The notes beneath the pieces were generated by a model. It had not been told where the DNA came from, ran no database searches, and was given only the letters and a program-made list of their open reading frames with translations. A program made the position numbers and the translations under genes. This document shows, piece after piece, positions 10,060-18,560 of a stretch of 35,298 nucleotides of DNA; the first letter of the stretch is position 1, and every line of letters starts with the position of its first letter. Source of the stretch: an uncultured bacterium (lineage in GTDB: Bacteria > Margulisbacteria > WOR-1 > JAKLHX01); assembly GCA_964633925.1 (NCBI GenBank), contig CAZWKB010000004.1:49741-85038 (forward strand), given 5' to 3'.

Positions 10060-12767
10060 CGAGCTTTCCTTATCATCTTCTCTATCTCCACAACTGTATA
10101 TACTATTAACCCGCCTATAATTATTTTTCCCCAGGCTTCCAACGAGAGAGGTGCAGTGCCAAATAATGTGTTCATAATAGGGGAATATGTAAACAACATT
10201 TGAACACTTATCATAAGCAGCACACCGGCAAGCACAATTTTGTTAGAGAAAAAGCCAATTTTGAAAGGAGATTTATCAAATGATCTGCAGTTAAATAGAT
10301 AGAACAGTTCACCAAAAACAAGCATATTCGACGCAAGAGTTTGTGCAATAATTACATCGCCGCTAGAAAGCTTTTCCTGCCTGAACAGGAAAAGAATAAT
10401 TGCTATTAATAAGGCACTAACATACAGGGTTCGCTGCGTCAGTATTGTATCGAATATTGGCATTTTAGGGTCATTTGGCTTGCGAAGCATTATACCGTCT
10501 TCTTTTGGCTCAAATGCAAGAGTCATGCCAAGCAATAAGGCAGTCATCATGTTTATCCATAATATCTGAAGAGGAGATATTGGAAGAGCAAAATTAAAAA
10601 TTATTGCGATAACCAGGATCATTCCCTCTGTAAGATTTGTCGGAATGGTCCATACTATGAATTTGCGCAGATTATCAAATACTCCACGTCCTTCTTCAAC
10701 AGCGGCTTGTATTGTTGCAAAGTTATCATCAGTAAGTACAAGATCAGCGGCTTCCTTTGCAACTTCCGTACCGTCTCTGCCCATGGCAACCCCGATATTT
10801 GCTTGTTTGAGAGCAGGCGCATCATTTACACCATCTCCTGTCATAGCCGCTATATGGCCCTGTTCCTGAAGCGATTTAATTATTTTGAGCTTCTGTTCAG
10901 GTGTCACTCGTGCAAACACAGTGGTCTTAAGCGTATTGGCTAAATAATCTTCGTCCGTCCATGATTCCATCTGTGATCCAGTAACAGCGATCAGCTCGAG
11001 CTTGTCGTCTGTCAAAGATGCCTTAATGCCCATTTTTTGAGCAATAGCCTTTGCAGTAGAAGCATGGTCTCCTGTTATCATCTTGACCAACACTCCCGCT
11101 CCGTGGCATGACCTTATGGCTCTTATGGCTTCTTCTCTTGGAGGGTCCATCATAGCCTGAAATCCTAAGAATACAAGATTCTGATCAACATCTTTATGCT
11201 CTATCACCGAATGAGCAGCAGGCATATCTTTTTTTGCAAAAGCTATAACTCTAAGTCCTAATGCTGCCGATCTTTCAGCTATTTTTGTTATCTCTTCCTT
11301 ATTTATTGCTTTTACTATGCCGTCATTCCCCATAAAATGAGAGCATCTTTTCAATATGGATTCCGTAGATCCTTTTATATATATAACATTTGCCGATTTG
11401 TTCATATCTTTGTGAAGTGTAGCCATATATTGTTTTTCAGATTCAAAAGGAAGGCCGTCAATTCTAGGATAAAGCTTCTCAAGATCATTTATGCGTATTT
11501 TTGCCTTCTCGCCGCTCACAATAAGGGCTCCTTCAGTAGGATCTCCCTCAACATAATAGGTACCGTCTTTTTCCGCGATCTTAGAATCATTGCAGAGCAA
11601 ACCTCCTGACAAGATCTCATTCAGTGGAGCGTTAGCTCTGAAATCTGCAGTTTTTTTTGTCAACTCATCAATTATCTCGCCCGAACGGCTGAATCCTTGT
11701 CCTGTTACGCTATAAAAAGCATTCCCGGCAAAAAGGGTTTGTACTGTCATTTTGTTCTCAGTAAGAGTCCCCGTCTTATCAGAGCATATAATAGTAGTAC
11801 TTCCTAGTGTTTCAACAGCAGGCAGTTTTCGTATTATGGCTTTTCTCTTTGCCATGCGCGCAACACCTATAGAAAGTATTATCGTTATGGCTGCAGGCAG
11901 ACCTTCCGGTATGGCTCCAACAGCGATGGCAACAGCGGCCATGAAAGCATCAAGTGGCGGATTTTTGTAAATGACAGTAGAAACAAAAAAAGTGACGGCG
12001 GTAAAGAACATAATAATATAGAGAAGTAAATTGCTGAAATGAGCAAGTTTTTGAGTAAGAGGGGTCTCTATATTATCCGCATTTTCCACAAGTTGAGATA
12101 TTTTTCCGATCTCTGTTTTGTCTCCTGTTGCGATCACTATCCCTCTGCCTATACCGTTCGTAATAAGGGTTGAGGCATACAGCATGTTCTTTCGATCTGC
12201 AAGAGGGGTGTTCTCAGCAAGCTCGGCTATACTTTTTTCTACGGGCAAAGATTCTCCCGTAAGAGCTGATTCATTAGACTTCAACTCCTTTGTTTGGAAA
12301 AGGCGAATATCTGCGCTTACTTTGTCTCCTGATTCAAAAATTACAATGTCACCAGGCACAAGATCTTCAGAGGAGATCTTTTTTTCTCCACCGTTTCTTA
12401 AGACTTTTGCTCTGGTTATCATGGTTTTCGCAAGAGCAGCAAGAGAATCAACCGCTTTAGCTTCCTGAATATAACCCACTATTGCATTTACGATAACAAC
12501 TCCAAATATCACGGCAGAATCGATATATTCATGAAGGATAAATGTAATCACGGCAGCAGCAAGCAGTGCATAAATAAGAGGTTGGTGAAATTGCAGCAAA
12601 AAACGCATCAAAGGGCTTATTGTTTTCTTTTTTGTTAAAATATTTAGTCCGTATTTTTCTTTTCTTTCATCTACTTCTTTTTCATTCAGCCCTTTTTCAA
12701 GGTTTGCAGAAATATTCTCTGCTATTTTTGTAGCTTTCAGAGCGTGCCAATTTTTGATTGTTTCCAT
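10056..12767 (-). CDS. P-type cation-transporting ATPase, type IIA (SERCA/Ca2+-ATPase-like)
   Basis: Motifs present: [57 protein letters not shown]. It has about 10 TM segments. Confidence 0.9.
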   Translation of the reverse strand: METIKNWHALKATKIAENISANLEKGLNEKEVDERKEKYGLNILTKKKTISPLMRFLLQFHQPLIYALLAAAVITFILHEYIDSAVIFGVVIVNAIVGYIQEAKAVDSLAALAKTMITRAKVLRNGGEKKISSEDLVPGDIVIFESGDKVSADIRLFQTKELKSNESALTGESLPVEKSIAELAENTPLADRKNMLYASTLITNGIGRGIVIATGDKTEIGKISQLVENADNIETPLTQKLAHFSNLLLYIIMFFTAVTFFVSTVIYKNPPLDAFMAAVAIAVGAIPEGLPAAITIILSIGVARMAKRKAIIRKLPAVETLGSTTIICSDKTGTLTENKMTVQTLFAGNAFYSVTGQGFSRSGEIIDELTKKTADFRANAPLNEILSGGLLCNDSKIAEKDGTYYVEGDPTEGALIVSGEKAKIRINDLEKLYPRIDGLPFESEKQYMATLHKDMNKSANVIYIKGSTESILKRCSHFMGNDGIVKAINKEEITKIAERSAALGLRVIAFAKKDMPAAHSVIEHKDVDQNLVFLGFQAMMDPPREEAIRAIRSCHGAGVLVKMITGDHASTAKAIAQKMGIKASLTDDKLELIAVTGSQMESWTDEDYLANTLKTTVFARVTPEQKLKIIKSLQEQGHIAAMTGDGVNDAPALKQANIGVAMGRDGTEVAKEAADLVLTDDNFATIQAAVEEGRGVFDNLRKFIVWTIPTNLTEGMILVIAIIFNFALPISPLQILWINMMTALLLGMTLAFEPKEDGIMLRKPNDPKMPIFDTILTQRTLYVSALLIAIILFLFRQEKLSSGDVIIAQTLASNMLVFGELFYLFNCRSFDKSPFKIGFFSNKIVLAGVLLMISVQMLFTYSPIMNTLFGTAPLSLEAWGKIIIGGLIVYTVVEIEKMIRKAR

Positions 12768-12839
12768 TTATTTGTCTCCTCGATTAAATTATATCATCAT
12801 TGATATAGCTCTCGCATATATTGGTTGGAGTGCTTTTTG

Positions 12840-12871
12840 TGACAATTATGATATATATGCTAAAATTGTCA
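12840..12871. promoter_or_regulatory. Inverted repeat TGACAATT-N16-AATTGTCA in the divergent ATPase / small-secreted-protein intergenic region
   Basis: There are 8-bp perfect arms at 12840-12847 and 12864-12871. The AT-rich spacer contains TATATA. This makes it a candidate operator. Confidence 0.25.
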
Positions 12872-12921
12872 GGCAAGTTCCGATAGTGGGACAAAAGACT
12901 AAATGCTATAGGAGGAATAAG

Positions 12922-13254
12922 ATGAAAAAGATTATCTTTTCGGTTTTTGTTTTGTTCATCTCTGCAGGGATTGTGTGTGCACATCCGGCAAAGAGTGTTG
13001 ATGTTACGGTAAAAGGTGAGCAATTGACAATAGTAGCGGATCATCCGGTCAATGATACCAAAGCTCATTTCATTACGTATTTTAAAGTATTCTTGAATGG
13101 AAAAGAAATTATCAGACAGGATTATGGTTTTCAAAAAGGAAGCACTCAAACGGCAACATATTTATTGCCTCTTCTAAAAAAAGGGGATGTTATCAAGGCA
13201 GAAGCTGAATGCAATAAATTCGGTGAAACAGTAAAAGAGATAATTGTAAAGTAA
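12922..13254 (+). CDS. Small secreted protein, superoxide-reductase-like (desulfoferrodoxin Fe-domain-like) Ig fold
   Basis: ATG 12922 follows AGGAGG, and the signal peptide is MKKIIFSVFVLFISAGIVCA. HPAK, DHPVNDTKAHFI and AEAECNKFG line up with the SOR motifs (K)HVP, HPM..(K)HYI and CN.HG. Confidence 0.55.
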   Translation: MKKIIFSVFVLFISAGIVCAHPAKSVDVTVKGEQLTIVADHPVNDTKAHFITYFKVFLNGKEIIRQDYGFQKGSTQTATYLLPLLKKGDVIKAEAECNKFGETVKEIIVK

Positions 13255-13582
13255 GTTTTAAAACAGATCAAAGTGACCGGCTTTGATTGAACTATCTCAT
13301 CGGGGCCCCAAAATTGTATTGGCCCAGGATTAATATAGTCGTCCTCGTATGCCCACGAAGCTCTATTTTTCTCGAACAATTTAAACAAAAGACCCTGTTC
13401 CCGATATTCTCACATAATGTTTTTTTTGCATCTTTATAATTAATTTAATGCAAGTATTTAGGTATTGTTCACGATGAATATAATAGAAGCGCATTTTTCC
13501 AGACGAGTTGAGTGGTCCCCGAACCGCCTCACAAAAACCCATTTAGTGAAATTTCTGAGATATCTGTACGATAATACAAGTA

Positions 13583-13591
13583 GGGGGGGGG
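13583..13591 (+). repeat. G9 homopolymer immediately upstream of (or inside) the LysM gene
   Basis: The sequence tagggggggggcggcaATG was counted directly. This is a long G run in an AT-rich genome. Confidence 0.9.
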
Positions 13592-13596
13592 CGGCA

Positions 13597-14553
13597 ATGG
13601 AAATCGGATCAATATCAAACTCTAATCAAAAACCATCTATCGTTCCAAAACGTGGTGACTCTTTATCCTCTATTGCAAAAAAATATGGCACAACCGAAGA
13701 AGCACTGCTAGAACTCAATCCAAGCATTCAACCCCAGGATCAAATAACGGGAAATCGAAAAATATTTATTCCGGTAAATACAATTGTTATAAAAAAAGGC
13801 GACACTTTGGGCGAGCTCGCAAAAGAGTATGGGACAACGATTGATGTATTACAAAAACTCAATCCCATAATAGAATCCAAACATTGGATATATGCTGGCA
13901 AAAAGCTAAATGTTCCTGCATTGGCAAACAACAGTGTTGTTCCTGAGGAACCGGAAACAGCGGTAGCCACAATAGTCCCGGAAACAACAGTGCCCCCAGT
14001 CGTAATAAGTGAGCCTGTTTATGAAATCAAGCCGGCTATAGAATATTTGCCACAGCCACAAAAAGAAATTGATGTTATTCCAGCAATATCACTTCCGGAA
14101 GTAGCAAAACCAAAAATAAATAGATATGTAATACAACATGAAATGTACTCTGTTCCGATTTTTTCAATTGAGCCACTTCCCAATAATACTCAGAATGTTG
14201 AGGGTTCCGTTCAGGATGATATTAAATTTAAAAAAGAACAACTCGCAGACAGTTTAAGGAGTCTATTTGATGATACGATATCAAGCGCAAAAGACAAAGA
14301 AGAGTTAAATACAATAGCGGAAAAAGAAGCACAAGAAAAAAAATTAGAAGAAAAGAGACAGGCCAAGCTGGCCGATCTTAAGCGCCTAAAGAAGAAAAAA
14401 CTAGACGAACTTGCACTTCTGTTACAAAGTTCAAAGAAACAGCAGGCTATTTCTACAATTATTGCCATCACTCAAGAGGTTAACTCCATATCCAGCGTCA
14501 TCAAAGGGATTGAGTCTCAGGAAGCTCAGTTAAAGCAATCCTTCAAAGCGTAA
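13597..14553 (+). CDS. LysM-domain protein (2 x LysM, Pro-rich linker, K/E-rich coiled-coil C-terminus)
   Basis: Two LysM repeats are present (VPKRGDSLSSIAKKYGTTEEALLELNP; VIKKGDTLGELAKEYGTTIDVLQKLNP...GKKLNVP). The start is either ATG 13597, 6 nt after the G tract, or the upstream in-frame start at 13465. Confidence 0.75.
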   Translation: MEIGSISNSNQKPSIVPKRGDSLSSIAKKYGTTEEALLELNPSIQPQDQITGNRKIFIPVNTIVIKKGDTLGELAKEYGTTIDVLQKLNPIIESKHWIYAGKKLNVPALANNSVVPEEPETAVATIVPETTVPPVVISEPVYEIKPAIEYLPQPQKEIDVIPAISLPEVAKPKINRYVIQHEMYSVPIFSIEPLPNNTQNVEGSVQDDIKFKKEQLADSLRSLFDDTISSAKDKEELNTIAEKEAQEKKLEEKRQAKLADLKRLKKKKLDELALLLQSSKKQQAISTIIAITQEVNSISSVIKGIESQEAQLKQSFKA

Positions 14554-14685
14554 CCCCAAGGTCGGGGTCTAATCTGTTGATCCTAAATTGAATTATCCCT
14601 TTCTTTTTGCTAAGATGAATAAGTAACCTCAAATCATTCTTTCTGCTTTTGGGATTTGGTCATTGGGATTTGGGATTTCTATAGT

Positions 14686-14768
14686 GGTGAGGTGGCCGAG
14701 CGGCTAATGGCAACAGACTGTAAATCTGTCGACGCAAGTCTTCGGTGGTTCGAATCCACCCCTCACCA
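14686..14768 (+). tRNA. tRNA-Tyr (anticodon GTA), type II with long variable arm; CCA not encoded
   Basis: The acceptor stem is GGTGAGG/CCTCACC. The anticodon stem ACAGA/TCTGT carries the loop CTGTAAA. The T arm is GGTGG-TTCGAATC-CCACC. Confidence 0.93.
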
Positions 14769-14812
14769 TTTCTCTCTCTTTACGAACTCCCGCCGCCGCG
14801 CCCTCTAAAATA

Positions 14813-15085
14813 TTATGGCTCTTCCCCAATAAAGGGGGCCTCTTCTTCCATCTTTTTCAGGCGTGTGTAATAGTCTTTGATCTCTTTTAAATGTGCAAGT
14901 GCTATTTTACCGGTAAGCACAAGATCATCATCCGTGACATTCGTTTCAGGATCTACGCTTCCATGTTCAAGCTCTACATGAAGCCCCATTCTAAATTGTT
15001 CAATATCGAATTGTTTCCAGTCGATTCCCATCGTATCTCCAACACTTTTTGCTTCTTCTGTAGTGAAACGTATAAGCTTACTCAT
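14813..15085 (-). CDS. Small conserved hypothetical protein (90 aa)
   Basis: This is a clean ORF with a soluble, acidic product. The motif HVELEHG...NVT.DD...KIALAHLKE..DYY resembles a widespread small DUF, but I cannot name the family with certainty. Confidence 0.55.
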   Translation of the reverse strand: MSKLIRFTTEEAKSVGDTMGIDWKQFDIEQFRMGLHVELEHGSVDPETNVTDDDLVLTGKIALAHLKEIKDYYTRLKKMEEEAPFIGEEP

Positions 15086-15106
15086 TATATTTCTCCCTTC
15101 AGTATA

Positions 15107-15379
15107 TTGTGTGTATTATATACCTGTGCGAACACAATAAAAATAGCCAATGATCTTGGATATGATGTTGTAGGATATAGCGTTATTGGTGATGGGGGAG
15201 CTACATTTTCAAGACAAAAAGTAAAAGCATCCTTGGTCAATGCAAAGCCAGGGTCGATCATAATTTGTCATATCAATCATCCTGAAAAACAAACTGGAGC
15301 TGGGGTTATTGATGCTATCCCTGAAATGTTAAAACATGGCATTCGTTTTGTAAAACTATCTGATAGACCGCTTAAATAA
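15107..15379 (+). pseudogene. C-terminal remnant of a NodB-type polysaccharide deacetylase
   Basis: GYDVVGYSVIGDGGA...KPGSIIICHINHPEKQT...IPEMLKHGIRFVKLSD matches only the last third of COG0726-type deacetylases. No ATG is available (only TTG 15107), and the upstream part of the ORF is antisense to the 14813..15085 gene. Confidence 0.45.
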
Positions 15380-15482
15380 CAGATTTACTCTTTATTTTTT
15401 GCCTCTTAATACCGTTGCCTTATTGAGTTCAAGGAATCGCAGATTGTTTTTTATGGATAAATTATATAATATAATTAACAAC

Positions 15483-15508
15483 GTAGGGGCGGACCTATGT
15501 GTCCGCCC
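15483..15508 (+). repeat. REP-like GTAG-headed hairpin, family 1 (copy A)
   Basis: GTAG followed by GGGCGGAC-ctatgt-GTCCGCCC, an 8-bp stem. Confidence 0.8.
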
Positions 15509-15598
15509 TAATAAACATCAAGGAGAGCATAAAATGAAAAAAATCGCCATCAACGGTTGTCTCGAAGCATATGATCTCGGGGTCAGATTGGTTGAAGC

Positions 15599-16219
15599 AT
15601 GAGAATATACTTATATGTACTAAATACTTTAGCCGATTGGGAGATCGGATACTTTACTGCAGAAATGAATAGCGGCAGATATTTAGATAAAAGCAAAAAC
15701 AACGCAGTGATTGTTAAAATAGGCGCTACAAAAGCTCCTATACATACAATGGGCGGTATTTCGATTGTTCCTGACGAAAGTGTAGATAATATTCAATTCA
15801 AAGAAGGCGATCTTGTTATTCTTCCGGGTGCCGATACATGGATGGAGCCGGGCAATCAAAAAATTATCAATCTTGTCCCTGAATTATTGGATAAAAAAGT
15901 AGTAGTTGCTGCGATATGTGGAGCCACTATCGCTTTGGCAAACGCCGGGATCCTTAACAATAGAAAGCATACAAGCAATGATATGGGTTATTTAAAAATG
16001 ATCTGTCAATCATATTCCGGAGAAAATAATTATTTAAACGAGCCGGCAGTTACTGATGAAAATCTTATAACTGCAACGGGGCTTGCGCCTCTTGAATTCG
16101 CATATGAAATATTAAAAAGAATAGGGGCGATGAAGAAAAACACAGTAGATGCCTGGTATTATATGCATAAAATAAAAGAAGCAAAATATTTCTATAGCCT
16201 GATGGAATCACTAAAATAA
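15599..16219 (+). CDS. DJ-1/PfpI-family protein (class I glutamine-amidotransferase-like fold)
   Basis: N-terminus YLYVLNTLADWEIGYFTAEMNSGRY and nucleophile-elbow region VAAICGATIALANAGIL. Confidence 0.8.
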   Translation: MRIYLYVLNTLADWEIGYFTAEMNSGRYLDKSKNNAVIVKIGATKAPIHTMGGISIVPDESVDNIQFKEGDLVILPGADTWMEPGNQKIINLVPELLDKKVVVAAICGATIALANAGILNNRKHTSNDMGYLKMICQSYSGENNYLNEPAVTDENLITATGLAPLEFAYEILKRIGAMKKNTVDAWYYMHKIKEAKYFYSLMESLK

Positions 16220-16290
16220 CCAATAATGCTGGGTTGTCCAAAAGGAAAACCTGAAAAACTGAAATGGTGGGACTGGAAGGATGTTAAATA

Positions 16291-17010
16291 ATGATGCCGG
16301 CAGAATATATAATTTCTAATAAGGAAATTGACCGAAGAAAAATGGCTTTTTTAGCGCTGTCTTTAAGTTTATTGTTCGGGTTCACTATTCTAAGGTTATA
16401 TTTGATTGTTTTGTTATTGTTAGTTTTCATACTACTTATTTCAAATCTTGCTTTATACAGATCTTCCAAGTATTTTTTAAAGATAAAAATTCAGTTTTGT
16501 GATGGATGTCTTATAAGGATTATTGATCATAAGCAGGAAGACTATACGCTTGTTGACCTGAGAAAAATTTATATAAAAAGAACATCAAAAGGAACTATAA
16601 GAGAAGTTAGCATGTTATTTTTAAACGGGAAAAGCCTTATAGTTAATGGTCTGGAAAATTTTGAATTGTTTTGGGAAGAACTGATGCGTAATACTGATAA
16701 ATCTGTTCTTGTAAAACAATATCGCGAACCTATGGATTTTGACCATCCAATATTTTATCCGATTCTTGGGTTGCTGATAAGTTTGTTTTTCGTCTATATA
16801 TTTAAGCTGTTAACAAATTTGAGTGCTGAAAATATTAGAATTGCAAATATTGCAATTTCTTTATATGTGATAAGCGTTGGAATATATTTCATCTATGCAA
16901 AGCCGATCTCAAAGAGGTATGGAAATATGACCTGGTTGGCCGATGTCTTGCCTGGTTTGCTAATGATCATTGCAGGGGTTTGGATAGTTGTTTTGGGAAT
17001 TATCAGATGA
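16291..17010 (+). CDS. Hypothetical polytopic membrane protein (2 TM, soluble insert, 3-4 TM)
   Basis: Hydrophobic segments flank a ~90-aa soluble segment. The stop overlaps the next gene's start (ATGA). Confidence 0.6.
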   Translation: MMPAEYIISNKEIDRRKMAFLALSLSLLFGFTILRLYLIVLLLLVFILLISNLALYRSSKYFLKIKIQFCDGCLIRIIDHKQEDYTLVDLRKIYIKRTSKGTIREVSMLFLNGKSLIVNGLENFELFWEELMRNTDKSVLVKQYREPMDFDHPIFYPILGLLISLFFVYIFKLLTNLSAENIRIANIAISLYVISVGIYFIYAKPISKRYGNMTWLADVLPGLLMIIAGVWIVVLGIIR

Positions 17011-17819
17011 TAATAAAGTATTTATCATATTTTGCAGTTGCTATTATCATTGTTTCAATTTTATATAGTCTATTATTCGGTAAACTATTTGCCTTTTCCC
17101 CATTAACTATCGGCTTCACAAAACATGAAACTCAAAAGGTCATATTTTATGTTCAAAGAGGGGCAGAGTTCAAAGGATATGATCAGATAGATTCTATGCT
17201 GCCGTCTGTAGAAGCATTTCATAAAATGAAATTTACCGGAAAACCAAAAATATATATTTTCCGTGATAAAAATAGTTATTTGCGCCGCTCTTTTTCAAAA
17301 GCAAGGTTCTATGTCTATCCCAATGGAAGCTTTTTTATCTCTCCCTGGGCAATAAAAGAAGCAGGGGAAGGGAAAATATCTCTTGATATATACGTCAGGC
17401 ATGAATTATCTCACGTTCTACTTTATCAACATATGAATCTGATTTCAGCATACAAATTTCCGGAGTGGCTAATGGAGGGGATAGCTGTATATAGTACCAA
17501 TCAAATGGGGACTTCCTGGTATCCTGGCAAAAAAGAAACATATCAATATATCAGACAGGGTAATTTCCTGCATCCTATGGATTTCAAGACAAGCAGAGAA
17601 GAAAAAACAAAAATAGATGTAAAAAATAAAGTGACATTTTATTATTCGCAGTTCGCCTGTATTGTAGATGATTTGATAGAAACGGGCGGCAAAGAGAAAT
17701 TTCTGGAGTATTTGAATAAAGTCTTAGATGGTAGAGATCATGATAAAACATTTAGTGACGTTTATAAAATGGAGTTTAACAATTATATTAATATGTTTAG
17801 GCAAAAGTTGTTGCTATAA
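17007..17819 (+). CDS. N-terminally anchored protein with HExxH metallopeptidase-like motif (peptidase MA-like)
   Basis: ATG 17007 overlaps the upstream stop. It has one TM helix (YLSYFAVAIIIVSILYSLLFG). The motif is YVRHELSHVLLYQH...EWLMEGIAVY, which is HExxH plus a downstream E. Confidence 0.6.
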   Translation: MIIKYLSYFAVAIIIVSILYSLLFGKLFAFSPLTIGFTKHETQKVIFYVQRGAEFKGYDQIDSMLPSVEAFHKMKFTGKPKIYIFRDKNSYLRRSFSKARFYVYPNGSFFISPWAIKEAGEGKISLDIYVRHELSHVLLYQHMNLISAYKFPEWLMEGIAVYSTNQMGTSWYPGKKETYQYIRQGNFLHPMDFKTSREEKTKIDVKNKVTFYYSQFACIVDDLIETGGKEKFLEYLNKVLDGRDHDKTFSDVYKMEFNNYINMFRQKLLL

Positions 17820-17826
17820 TGTTGAC

Positions 17827-17985
17827 ATGCACAAAATAGATTTCAACGGAAAAGTTGTATCTTACAAATCAGGAGACGGAATAAATATTCCTGCAGGTGA
17901 GGAACACAAACACAAAGCAAGAATACTGACTGATCATGCTGCTGTGTTTTTAGTAGAAGATACTAACATTACTCTTCCTCTTTGA
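17827..17985 (+). pseudogene. Possible cupin-domain C-terminal remnant (52 codons)
   Basis: FNGKVVSYKSGDGINIPAGEEHKHKA...AAVFLVED resembles the second half of a cupin barrel, and the first half is missing. It overlaps the 3' end of the convergent sigma-factor gene by 52 nt. Confidence 0.3.
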
Positions 17986-18464
17986 ATTCTTGCTTTTGCA
18001 TTTTCTAAACTTATATTAAACATCTCAGCTATTTCTTTTGCAGAAAACCCTTCAATATCGCTAAGTATCACAGCCGCTCTATAAATGGGCGGTATTTTCA
18101 TTAAATATTCTTGAAGCACGGCATCATTCTCAATTTTCTCAATATTTTTATCGTGCAATCCCTTTTCGTGATTATCTGATAATGGCTCATCGAGTTCCGA
18201 TTTTTGTCTTTTTAACATACGGCAATTATTTGTTGCAATTTGAAACAGCCATGTTGAAAATTTAGAATCTCCACGAAAACCGCTAATGTTTTTATACACA
18301 TTAAGCATTGTTTCTTGAAGCATATCTTCGGCAGTTGTTGGATTGTTGCACATTCTTGTAAGAAAATTCTGCAGTTTAGGTTTATAGGGGATAAGCATCT
18401 TTTCAAACGCGTTTTTGTCCCCAGACTGTGTCGCCTTTATTAATTCTGATTCGTCCATATTCAT
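17934..18464 (-). CDS. ECF-type (sigma-70 family group 4) RNA polymerase sigma factor
   Basis: Region 2 is AEDMLQETMLNVYKNISGFRGDSKFSTWLFQIATNNC. Region 4 is YRAAVILSDIEGFSAKEIAEMFNISLENAKARIQRGR. Confidence 0.85.
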   Translation of the reverse strand: MNMDESELIKATQSGDKNAFEKMLIPYKPKLQNFLTRMCNNPTTAEDMLQETMLNVYKNISGFRGDSKFSTWLFQIATNNCRMLKRQKSELDEPLSDNHEKGLHDKNIEKIENDAVLQEYLMKIPPIYRAAVILSDIEGFSAKEIAEMFNISLENAKARIQRGRVMLVSSTKNTAA

Positions 18465-18509
18465 ATCATATCATTGTATCTTTTCGTCTATTTGCCGCAT
18501 CACATAGAT

Positions 18510-18533
18510 GTAGCCCCACGCCATGGCGTGGGG
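18510..18533 (+). repeat. REP-like GTAG-headed hairpin, family 3 (copy H)
   Basis: GTAG followed by the perfect 20-nt palindrome CCCCACGCCATGGCGTGGGG. Confidence 0.85.
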
Positions 18534-18560
18534 AATCAATATCAAAGGAGGATCACGATC

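Noticed and set aside
12754-12921. 56-codon 5' extension of the small secreted protein ORF
   Set aside because: It overlaps the start of the divergent ATPase gene and the promoter region. AGGAGG plus ATG 12922 gives a classical signal peptide.
13146-13388. 80-aa - strand ORF downstream of the SOR-like gene
   Set aside because: It overlaps the 3' end of the + strand gene by about 110 nt and has no SD or recognisable motif. The non-overlapping part lies in an intergenic region with palindromes (ATCAAAG..CTTTGAT, GGGGCCCC).
14554-14580. Possible rho-independent terminator after the LysM gene (ACCCC-aaggtc-GGGGT)
   Set aside because: The stem is only 5 bp and no T-tract follows, so there is not enough support to annotate it.
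14891-15106. N-terminal part of the 162-aa ORF 14891..15379
   Set aside because: It is antisense to the better-supported 14813..15085 gene and has low-complexity, unrecognisable sequence. Only the 3' third resembles a real protein (a deacetylase remnant).
15399-15602. 67-aa + strand ORF (..NNVGADLCVRPNKHQGEH..)
   Set aside because: Its middle is simply the translation of REP-like hairpin copy A, and it has no SD. Only the last 22 codons (15534..15602) have any start signal, and these are reported separately as a low-interest uORF.
18474-18560. N-terminal extension of the thioredoxin ORF (MYLFVYLPHHIDVAPRHGVGNQYQRRITI)
   Set aside because: The extension is a translation of REP-like copy H. 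A strong SD (AAAGGAGG) precedes the internal ATG 18561, which gives a normal-length thioredoxin.
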